NCBI GenBank assembly: GCA_000388065.2
Contig: KB932218.1
DNA length: 16,080 nt
Strand: one strand, 5' to 3'
Origin: Fonticula alba ATCC 38817
Taxonomy: Eukaryota; Protista; Nucleariida
In this document: positions 8,001 through 16,080 of the stretch, one piece after another
Position numbering within the stretch: the first letter of the stretch is position 1
Layout of the letters: the number at the start of each line of letters is the position of its first letter
Position numbers and translations under genes: made by a program
The notes under the pieces: model-generated
The model's input: only the letters and a program-made list of their open reading frames with translations
Database searches by the model: none
What the model was told of the DNA's origin: nothing

Positions 8001-10908
8001 GAGGAGGCTTCCTGACCGGGGGCCGGGGGAGCCACGCCGGGCACGGCGACCAGCAGGTTGCCGGCGCCGGAAATGTCCTGCGTGCGCCCCTGGGCGTCGG
8101 TGCCGGCGGAATAGTGCTTGGTAGCCCAATACACCCGGTCATCGAAGGCCATGAGGCCGGTCATGACCAGGTCCTCCGAGGGGAGGCCCGCGGCATGTCG
8201 GCTGCGCCCGGCGGCCGGCATGGCGACCATCGGCCAGTCCGCGCTGGGGGTGATGACCAGGCTCTTTGGCCCGTGATAGATGACATATGGGGGAGTGCGG
8301 AAGTCGAAGGCAGTGGCAAGGGCCTGCTCGGCAGGTGCCACATTCGGAATGGACGGGGCCGGGGGGTCCTTGGAGAGGAGGGGCACATTCCCGGCCGACT
8401 GGGCGATGGGCAGGGGCACGGGCCGGGCCGAGCTGGAGCGAGCCCGGGTGTCCTTGAGACGCAGCGAGTCCCATGGCTGGGCCATGAGCCCGGCCGTGGC
8501 ACCGGCATAGTGGTAGATCCAGCGAATGGGCTGCGCGGTGGCCGGATCGCTGTGGACCAATGAGGCCAGCGAAGGACGACGGCCGGCATGGGGAACATGC
8601 GAGAGAAACCCATCGGCGTGGAGCTGGAGGAGGTGCTGATCGAGGGCCACCAGATCGTGGGCCAGCTTTCGACCGAGGAGGGCCATCGGCCCGGCGGAGG
8701 CCAGGGGCCCGGGCAGGGGGGCCCAGTGGGCCTGGAGCTGGCACCTATGGGTTGGGGTCGTGGTGGGCAGGGTGCATGACAGAACCAGGCGCCGGGGGGG
8801 GGCATTCTCCCGTTCGATGAGCACATTCATGAACACCTGGCCGGCGGGGCTACGAAGAGGACCCAGGAGGAGGACCTGCCGCGTGTGGCCGGTGATGGCC
8901 GGCAAATCCGGCAACGGGGTAACATGGAGAGTGGCCTCGGTGCCGGAGCCTGGGGCCAGCAGCTGGTGGGGGTCCAGCAGCCCGAAGGTACCATCATCCA
9001 GGACGGCCAGCAGGGCGCCGGTGGTGGATCCGGCGATGTCGGCGTTTGAGATGAACAACCGGCCGGCCTCCTGGTGCATTGGCATGGGGACCACAGCGAC
9101 AGGGGTCCGATCGGAGGGGGCTGCCGATGTCGGCTGGGCGATGGCAAATTGGGGATGCGTCCAATCGACGTAGGAGAAGCACTCCTCGCCGGAGGCCCGG
9201 TATGGGCTCGGGCAGCGGGGCTCGCACGTGTCGGCCTTTTCGCCGGAGCGATTGGTATGGACGAGGAAAAACCCCGGCTTGCATACGACACACGCTCCAG
9301 CCAGGCAGGATTGGCAATTGGGAATCCGGCAAGTGTGGCACTCGTCTGGATGTCAAGGCCGCAGGGCAGGACAGCGAGAGGGTGGGCATAAATGTGAGAG
9401 AAGCATAGAGAGATGGAGATGAAGGGGGGATGGAGGGGGGATGGAGAGACAAAGAGACAGACAGACAGACAGACAGACAAAGAAACAAAGAAACAACGAA
9501 ACAAAGGAACAACGAAACAAAGGAACAACGAAGCAACGGAACAACGGAACAACGGAACAATGGAACAACGGAACGACGAAACAAAAACAGACAAAGACAC
9601 AGGGAGAAGGCTGGTGAAGGTCGAAGGCAAGACCATCTCGAAGATGTAAAACGTACACCTGCCCGGAGCCACAGGCACCGGGAAGAGACCATCGGCACAG
9701 CCGGCGCAGAGCTCGGCGGACGAGCGCAAGGGAGCCAGCACTCGGCCCGGGGCGCAGCGCCAGGCCACTGGGCTGGCATCGCAAAGGATCGATCGATCGC
9801 TCTGGCAACCGAGCTGCCGGTCAGTGAGGAAGGTCCGGCCAGCATGCGTGATCAGCCACTGGTGGCCGGCTGCCACCGGGGCCGCCTCGGCCAGGCTCAG
9901 CCCGGCCGGCAGGCTGACATGTTGCCAGACAAAATGGCCGGGGGCCTGGGCGGATACCCGCCAGAAGGCGCGGCGTGCGGGGGCCACAACATCCAGGTAC
10001 CCGGTGGGCTGGGTCATATGCATCACCGGAGGCACCATGTGGAGGGAGAGATCCGCCCCATCGCCATGGGTGTCCCCCCTCAGCGGGAGGGCGTGGGCTG
10101 GCTGCAGGGCCCCGTCGGCCCCGAGGCCGATGTACACCAGCAGCTGGGTGTCGGTCAAGACCAGGACATCCTGCCGACCGGGGTCCGAAGAGCCGAGCCG
10201 GGTGACCGCCATGCCGAGAACGGGCCGGTCGGTGGGAATCACCCGGGGCGGATGGCCCTCACAGAGCCACAGCCAGGAAGTGCCACCAGCGAGGAAGAAG
10301 TGCCCCGGCAGGCCGGCCACACCGTGGGTGGTCGGATGGGCGACAGTGTGGCCGAGCTGCCAAGACCCGGCGCGGTATTGAAGGACGGTGGCCCCGGAGC
10401 CGAGAGCAAGCAAGAGCCGAGCGCCCGCCTCCGGGCCAGAGGACGAGGCGTCCAGCAGCTGGACCGGACCCCGGTCCGGGGGGAAGACGAAGGAGGATCC
10501 CCAAGTGGGAGTGGCCAGGCCGACGGCCGAGCCGTCCTGCCATGCAACAATCAACTCGGCCTGGCCGGGCGACGCCGGGATGGCGCGAATGGAGGCGGCC
10601 TCGGGGATGCCCTTGAGGGGGATTTCATGTTGCAGGGTGTCCTCGTGAGCAAAGAGCACGCCGAGGCGCGGCGAAGGGGGCTGCTGTGGCTCGTGCACGG
10701 TGCAGTGGCTATGGCTCAGGGAGTATTGCACATAGCCCAAGTGCGGATGGATGGGCCCAAAGTGCGGGACGATGGCCGCCGGGCCGGTGGCCATCGGGGC
10801 CTCCAGGAGCAGGAGACCCGGGGGCCGAACCGCGGCGGCCAGCGACCCGATGAGCACCAGCGCCGCCAGAAGAAGGCGGGCCAGTGCCCGGGCTGGAGGA
10901 GACACCAT
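1271..10908 (-). CDS. Whole gene model: giant type I membrane / surface protein with furin-like cysteine-rich repeats (signal peptide, two Cys-poor domains, FU repeats, Ser-rich stalk, TM, short tail); contains one intron, two assembly gaps and one in-frame TAG
   Basis: Minus-strand ORFs 8827..10908, 5897..9094 and 2077..7524, plus my manual translation of 2076..1271, join into one coherent architecture. Frame changes occur only at the intron and at the N gaps. Confidence 0.88.
1340..1414 (-). other. Predicted transmembrane helix ALAIGLGISITLLILLIAMVAFYAL
   Basis: 25 consecutive uncharged, mostly hydrophobic residues followed by basic RSR (positive-inside rule). Confidence 0.85.
1526..1895 (-). 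repeat. Coding minisatellite in the stalk (PPGSDSGNSTSSSDS units interleaved with 18-nt SAPWSG units); contains a 10-N gap at 1686-1695
   Basis: The + strand motif gaggtggagttgccggagtcggagcc is seen four times, and gggggcgctgccggacca-type 18-mers occur in tandem. Confidence 0.9.
2080..6459 (-). CDS. Exon 2, part 2: long array of furin-like cysteine-rich repeats
   Basis: 1460 open codons with about 30 CxxCHxSCxTCxGP-type units (e.g. CHSSCLTCSGPTDTDCLAC, CHGQCSTCKGPSSTDCLTC, CHARCSACAGPTADKCTAC). This is the consensus of furin-like (FU) repeats, as in the PCSK5 Cys-rich region. Confidence 0.93.
6460..6980. other. Assembly gap (521 N) inside the coding repeat array
   Basis: N run. The coding frame differs on the two sides, so the gap length is only an estimate. 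Confidence 0.97.
6981..9345 (-). CDS. Exon 2, part 1: Cys-rich linker, Cys-poor domain 2, first furin-like repeats
   Basis: Open frame from the acceptor through ORF 5897..9094. Cys-rich repeats start at NPNACPWGTYGPECRPCAPDCRKCHGP and continue to the gap. Confidence 0.9.
9346..9656 (-). other. Spliceosomal intron, 311 nt, phase 1 (GTACGT...TTGACATCCAG)
   Basis: Donor GTACGT at 9656-9651 and acceptor CAG ending at 9346, with TTGAC just upstream. The interior is pyrimidine-rich simple repeat. Splicing gives T+AC = Tyr and joins exon 1 in frame to ECHTCRIPNCQSC..., which is in frame with ORF 5897..9094 (9343-9094 = 249 nt). Confidence 0.85.
9445..9598. repeat. Intronic simple repeats: (AGAC)n and degenerate AACAACGG/AACAAAG units
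   Basis: agacagacagacagac..., gaaacaaaggaacaac x2 and ggaacaac tandem units. Confidence 0.85.
9657..10908 (-). CDS. Exon 1: signal peptide + Cys-poor domain 1 + start of Cys-rich linker
   Basis: ATG in cccATGG context. The N-terminus MVSPPARALARLLLAALVLIGSLAAA is hydrophobic. Protein-like sequence runs to ...LFPVPVAPGR, where a GTACGT donor occurs; beyond it the ORF translates as low-complexity microsatellite. Length 1252 nt (417 codons + 1, phase 1). Confidence 0.88.
10831..10908 (-). other. Predicted signal peptide (26 aa)
   Basis: Basic n-region (RALAR), hydrophobic h-region LLLAALVLIG, small-residue c-region SLAAA|V. Judged by eye, no predictor run. Confidence 0.8.
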
Positions 10909-10957
10909 GGGCGTCGGGTGTGGCGGTGGTGGCGGGATGTCCTAATGTGGAGGGCCG

Positions 10958-10974
10958 NNNNNNNNNNNNNNNNN
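10958..10974. other. Assembly gap (17 N) about 50 nt upstream of the start codon
   Basis: N run. Confidence 0.95.
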
Positions 10975-11434
10975 GAGAGGGGGGGGGGGCTCAGGCATGT
11001 GCGGAGGTGTCCCGGGGATAGGAAGGCAGGCCGGTTGGCGGAGCGGCAGGCGCCTTTTGAGAGGCACACGCCGGCTGGATGAGCCCATGGCGAGGACAGG
11101 GCGTCGGCCTGCCGGGGAGCTGCAGGGGGCGCAAGGCTGCGGCAGAAGCAGGAGACACGCGGAGCCGGCTCTGGAGTGGGAGGATGGGCGCCGGCCGTGG
11201 CAGGCACCCGCTATTGCCTCTCACTCGCGGCCCGGAGACGGGGGTGGGGAAGGTCCGGGCTCCCTTGACCACAAGAGTGGCCCTTGTGTGGCGGCCCGTT
11301 GGATCAGAGGAGGGGCGCTCAGAGGAGCGGCCCCCTTGATGCGGGCACATTTCGGCCAGCGCTCGAGCGATGTGACCAGTCTCGGGCCGGGGGGGCCCTG
11401 GGGAAAGCTCCGTCATGCGGAGTGCCAGGCGCCA

Positions 11435-11513
<79 letters not shown>
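11435..11513 (+). repeat. Poly-G homopolymer (about 79 nt)
   Basis: Uninterrupted G run. Confidence 0.93.
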
Positions 11514-11516
<3 letters not shown>

Positions 11517-11643
11517 GACTGGCGCCCGGCGGATACATCAGCTGGAAACCGCCGTCGTTGCTGGGAAAGAGGAAGAAGGCACCGGGGGAGGTGGTATATC
11601 CCAACGCGAGATGGTCGAGAGGTCGGCCAGGCTCTTTTGCGCT

Positions 11644-11740
11644 TTCTCTCTTTTTGTGCTCTCGCGCTCTCTCTCGCGCTCTCCCTCGTGCTCTGTCTCT
11701 CTCTCTCTCGCGCTCTCTCTCTCTCCCTCGCGCTCCCTCC
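11644..11740. repeat. Degenerate (CT)n / CTCGCG pyrimidine-rich repeat
   Basis: ctctcgcgctctctctcgcgctctccctcgtgctctgtctctctctctc... Confidence 0.85.
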
Positions 11741-13886
11741 CCCGAAAGTGGGCCCCCTATGACCGACGAAGGCGCAGGGTAACAACGCGAGAGGGCGGAC
11801 ACAGGTAGGCACCTCGGCACGGTCCCCGGGGGTGGGGGACTCCGCGCGCAGGCTTGGAGCATGAGGGGGGCGGAACAGACATTATGGCGCCATGGGGACC
11901 ACGGGGGGCGTGCGGGACTATTTTCGCTTGCGGGGACCGGCTTGTCGGTGTGCCGAAGCGCGACCCGAGGGGCGATGTCGAGTTGGATCCGAATAACACC
12001 CGGATCTGGAACAGGCCCCCAGGCAAACGACAGTAGCTCGAGTCGGGGTGCGGCTCACACCCGGGCTCCGGGCGGCTGAGGGCGGGGGGGGACACCCCGA
12101 GGGCTTGGCATTGTCACCTCCCCGGGGCATTGTTCCGGCGGAAAGGATGCCTCCTCGTCGGGCCCACGATACTATTCTTCAACAGCAGCCCCTGTTCAAC
12201 GGAGCCATGCTGCAACGACACCGAGGTTCTGAACTTGGGCCATTCCCCTGTGCCAATGCTTGTGTGCTCGACCGGACGGCCCCTGGGCCAGGGGCCTGCC
12301 TCGAGTATGCCAGGCCCGATGGCATGGTGTCGCGCGGCCCCGGACGTGGCCCCTTCACCGCGGAGCAGTGGGGAGCATGCTGGCATGTGAGGGGCGCAGC
12401 GCCCTGGGATCTTTCCCGGCGGGCATCGGGGGAAATGGAACATACGTGTGCCACGGGGATTAGCATATTCGACAGATGCAACATCAAAAGCCCAGGAGGG
12501 CACAGCGGGCAAAAAGGACATACCTGCTACGGATGCGGCATGTTCCACGGACGCGGCATGAAAGGATGCCCCCGCATGCAAATACAACAAATAGCGGCCC
12601 CTGTACGCTCGGTCCCCGGCCTGGCGCCGTGGGCCTGGGCGCCGCGCGTTGCCGGCGGAAAGTCGAGCAGATCCCAGAAAGGGCTGTGCATGGGCGCGCG
12701 GGAAAAAAAATAAAAAAATACAACACACGGCACCTTCTGTGGGGCGGATCCCGCGTGCCACGACGCAAAGAGACCGCTCGCCGTGCCATGCACCAAAGCC
12801 CGATCGCTTGATCCGTCCGGTGAGCGCCTCTTGCATGGCACCTTGGCGATGGCTACGCCCTGCCGGCTGGACCTTTGCCCCTGGTGTGCCTCCCCTTTGT
12901 TGCTGGGGGGGGGTGGGACTTGCATGCCGCATGGTGCCCGGGGGGCTTCTGGGTGCCACCCGCACCCGGGGCGCCTGGAAGGCGGCATGCTCCGGCCGGA
13001 GGGACCGATGCCGGGGAAGGCTGGACCACTTGGTGCTGGCGTACTGCTGGGACTCGGCCTGCCCAGCGAAGAGGAGGGCAGCCGCTTGGGGTGAACGCTC
13101 GCCGGCCGGCAGATAGCGCACACACTGGTCGCTGCCCATGAATCGGCCGCCCGAGGGGATGATGGGTGAGATGGACTCACAACAGGAACAGGAGACTATC
13201 CGGATGCTTGAGCAGCCCTGGGACATCTACTCGGTGCCTCATTGTGAATGGCCAAGAAACGTGCGATCCCCGTGGGTGCTTCACTTGGAGGCCGTGAATT
13301 GGCCAGGTGAGCTGTCTAGAGCGACGGGGGCTGGGCGGTGGCTCGCCTGCACCTTCGCCAGAGGGACACCCGGGCGGGATGCTTGCTTGCTTGCTTGGGG
13401 GGGAACAGATGGAACCGAAAAAAACGGACAGCCGGAGACGCAGGGATGTTCCAGCCCGCGGAGGGGATTGGCCCGTGGTGCGTTTCTGGCCGTTGGAATC
13501 AGGCCAGCCTCGCGCATCCGGTGCGCGGCGGCCCATGTCCAGGCATAAGCCAGGGAGTGCATCGAGCATCTGGACGGTGCATCGTCCTCGGGAGAAGGGG
13601 CGAGGCTCCGGCCCTGCCGGCCGGCTGGCTCAGCATCGAGGGCCCCGGGGCTTTCCTCGGACGGGGAATGGAAGCCCTTGCCCCATGGGGCGGGGGGGGG
13701 GGGAGCCATATGGCAATCCCTTTCCGACAAATGCCGTGCCTCTGTGTCGCTTGCTGCCTAGCCTTGTCCGCCTCTGGGGCAGCTTGGGTGTCATTCGGGT
13801 CCACAGTGGACGAGCTCGCTCGAGCTCCAGGGCAGTATCCATCGGGCCCCTCATCCGGGGGGGGGGGACCCTGACAAGGGCAGATG

Positions 13887-14289
13887 CATGACCGGGCCCA
13901 TGGTGCTGCTCGAAGGGAATGGCCGTTTGGGGTCGTGGGCTTTTTTTTCTTTGGGCAGCCAGCCCTCCCGAGGACCCGACGAGGGCCAGGGCAGTTGCCA
14001 TTCAATTGGCAGGGAGGGCGTTCGTCGACGGGGGGAGTGACCACAGCGACAGCCCCTGGCAGGAGGTTCGGCCGAGGGACGTGTGCTCTTCCGATCTCAT
14101 GACCGGGCCCATGGTGCTGCTCGAAGGGAATGGCCGTTTGGGGTCGTGGGCTTTTTTTTCTTTGGGCAGCCAGCCCTCCCGAGGACCCGACGAGGGCCAG
14201 GGCAGTTGCCATTCAATTGGCAGGGAGGGCGTTCGTCGACGGGGGGAGTGACCACAGCGACAGCCCCTGGCAGGAGGTTCGGCCGAGGG
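13887..14289. repeat. Artefactual 192-nt direct duplication (13887-14078 / 14098-14289) joined by Illumina adapter
   Basis: The copies appear identical at offset 211. The spacer is adapter sequence. Confidence 0.92.
14078..14097 (+). other. Illumina TruSeq read-2 adapter fragment GACGTGTGCTCTTCCGATCT (contaminant)
   Basis: Exact match to the 3' end of GTGACTGGAGTTCAGACGTGTGCTCTTCCGATCT. Confidence 0.96.
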
Positions 14290-14390
14290 GCATTTCCATC
14301 ATGAGGATGCAAGTGCTCCCTTCCTTGAACGGGGACTTCCACCGGGTGACCCCTCCGGCCCTTGAGCAGCATCGCGGTTTCGTGTTTTGC

Positions 14391-14798
14391 CGGGCGCCCT
14401 CGGACGGGCCGGCTTCCAGCGGGGCTCGGCCCCTTTGGCCGATGGACACGCCCACATGAGCGCGCAGCTTGTCGAAGCAGGGGCCGATGTGTGTCGCTTG
14501 GTGTGTAGGCCGGCCATGACGAAGCTGCTCATCGGCCATGAGCATCCTCCCTGTGTGGCCGTATCCCTTGGGCATGTGCACATAGATCGGAAGAGCACAC
14601 GTCTGCGGGCGCCCTCGGACGGGCCGGCTTCCAGCGGGGCTCGGCCCCTTTGGCCGATGGACACGCCCACATGAGCGCGCAGCTTGTCGAAGCAGGGGCC
14701 GATGTGTGTCGCTTGGTGTGTAGGCCGGCCGTGACGAAGCTGCTCATCGGCCATGAGCATCCTCCCTGTGTGGCCGTATCCCTTGGGCATGTGCACAT
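14391..14798. repeat. Artefactual 193-nt direct duplication (14391-14583 / 14606-14798) joined by Illumina adapter
   Basis: Copies at offset 215 with one A/G difference seen (14516 vs 14731). The spacer is adapter sequence. Confidence 0.92.
14584..14605 (+). other. Illumina TruSeq adapter read-through AGATCGGAAGAGCACACGTCTG (contaminant)
   Basis: Exact match to the start of AGATCGGAAGAGCACACGTCTGAACTCCAGTCAC. Confidence 0.96.
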
Positions 14799-14854
14799 GG
14801 CCGAGCTGTCCCTCGGGGGCGGCACCAAACAGCAGATCACAAGGCCCGGAGTTG

Positions 14855-14877
14855 GAGAGAGAGAGAGAGAGAGAGAG
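14855..14877. repeat. (GA)n microsatellite
   Basis: Perfect GA run. Confidence 0.9.
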
Positions 14878-15599
14878 CCGGTGGGCTTTGATGCGAAAGG
14901 CAGCCATGCACAAGAGGCCGCTACTGTCCACGCCTCGAGCGATCCAACTTGGCCGTCGACGGGGGGTGCCTAATGACACACCCTGATCGACATCTTGGCA
15001 AAGGTTATCTCCCCCCCCCTCCCCCCTGCCGCAGGGCGAGGTGCTCTGACGTGGCGCGGGCTACGGCGGGATCGAAAAAAAAAAGGGAGGACCTCGTGCA
15101 GGTGGAGCGCAACGACAAGCGCATGGTCGCCGACCCCCCGAAGCTGCTGGCAGCCTCCACGCGTGTCCGAGCAACATGCTATGGTCGGAAAGTGCGACTG
15201 GCTCGATGACTTGCCGCGGAACGAGGCAGCCGGGGCTGCTGCGTGCATCCACTTTGCAAGCCATGTGAAGGACAGACCCTTGATTCGCGGATGGACCCGG
15301 CCAGTGAGGCTGGGCAGGGGGGCGAGACATTGGAACGACAGTTGCCTCCACAGGGGGCGGGGAGCGACATGTGGAGCCCCACGGCAAGAGCTGGCGCTTG
15401 CAGTTGACGAAGTGGCCAGGCAGAGGCCGTTCGTGCCCTGGCCGGAAGCTTGGCCATCTGGAACCCATGTGCAGGTCGCGGGGCGGCTGTGGCACATGGC
15501 CGGCGCGGGGGCAGCCAGGCTTCGCGGCAGACGAAGGGGGAGATCTCGGACCAGGGGCTGGTGCTGTCCTGGCCCAGGATGTGGCCGGACGCCAGCGCC

Positions 15600-15633
15600 G
15601 GGGGGGGGNNNNNNNNNNGGGGGGGGGGGGGGG
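15600..15633. repeat. Poly-G tract interrupted by a 10-N gap (15609-15618)
   Basis: G runs on both sides of the N run. Confidence 0.85.
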
Positions 15634-15841
15634 CTGCCGAACCCGATTGGCCAGCCACGGCCCGCCATGTGCCAGCCGATGCCGGCGGTTTCGGTCTGGG
15701 TGCAAGTGCTACACACTGTGACCGAGGGGAAGGAGGCTATGCGTCGTTCGGCTCTGACACGCGCAAGGGCCTCTTGCATGCGGCCAAGGTGGTGTGTCTG
15801 TAGGCGGCCTCGCCATTGTGCAGCCGGAGAATGGTGAGCTG

Positions 15842-16021
15842 GTATGTGCGTATGTGTGTGCGTATGTGTGTGTGCGTATGTGTGTGTGTGCGTATGTGTG
15901 TGTGCGTATGCGTATGTATGTGTGCGTATGTGTGTGTGTGTGCGTGTGTGTGTGCGTGTACGTATGTGTGTACGTATGTGTGTGTGCGTATGTGTGTGTG
16001 TGCGTGTGTGTGTGTGTGTGC
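15842..16021. repeat. Compound (TG)n/(TATG)/(TGCG) microsatellite
   Basis: gtatgtgcgtatgtgtgtgcgtatg... for about 180 nt. Confidence 0.95.
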
Positions 16022-16080
16022 CAGCGGAGGGTGGCCCCGCCGCGAAGGCCGATGTGCGGTGCCTTCTGTTTCCCTGTCGG

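Noticed and set aside
8827-9656. Hydrophobic C-terminal part of ORF 8827..10908 (LFRCSVASLFLCFVVPLF...) as a TM domain
   Set aside because: It is the translation of intronic microsatellite followed by an out-of-frame reading of exon 2.
10072-10080. RGD tripeptide in domain 1
   Set aside because: A single 3-aa motif is expected by chance in a ~3000-aa GC-rich protein, and there is no supporting context.
10991-11862. Poly-Gly / poly-Pro ORFs
   Set aside because: They are translations of the poly-G homopolymer and the CT repeat.
14430-14500. Ankyrin-like GHAHMSAQLVEAGADV in a + frame
   Set aside because: Single partial repeat lacking the TPLH spacing. The second copy is only the adapter-linked duplication artefact.
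14078-14605. Apparent TIR element: 20-bp perfect inverted repeats around 486 nt with long flanking direct repeats
   Set aside because: The inverted repeats are exactly the Illumina TruSeq adapter, so this is not a transposon.

Overview
GC-rich eukaryotic draft-assembly window with microsatellites, poly-G tracts, five N gaps and a GT-AG intron. The style is reminiscent of the nucleariid amoeba Fonticula, which is inference only. It is dominated by one minus-strand gene, about 10908 -> 1271, encoding a roughly 2900-3100 aa type I surface protein. The architecture is: signal peptide, Cys-poor domain 1, Cys-rich linker (split by a 311-nt intron), Cys-poor domain 2, about 35 visible furin-like (CxxCxxxCxxC) repeats, a Ser/Gly/Pro tandem-repeat stalk, one TM helix and a 22-aa tail ending ESAV. 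The ORF track hides the C-terminal part because an in-frame TAG (2077-2079) separates the ectodomain from the stalk, TM and tail. That TAG lies inside two possible in-frame GT-AG introns (87 nt and 27 nt), so secreted versus anchored isoforms, readthrough, a nonsense allele or a base error are all open explanations. No gene could be confidently identified in 11000-16080. Two apparent ~192-nt tandem duplications there are joined by Illumina TruSeq adapter sequence and are assembly artefacts.
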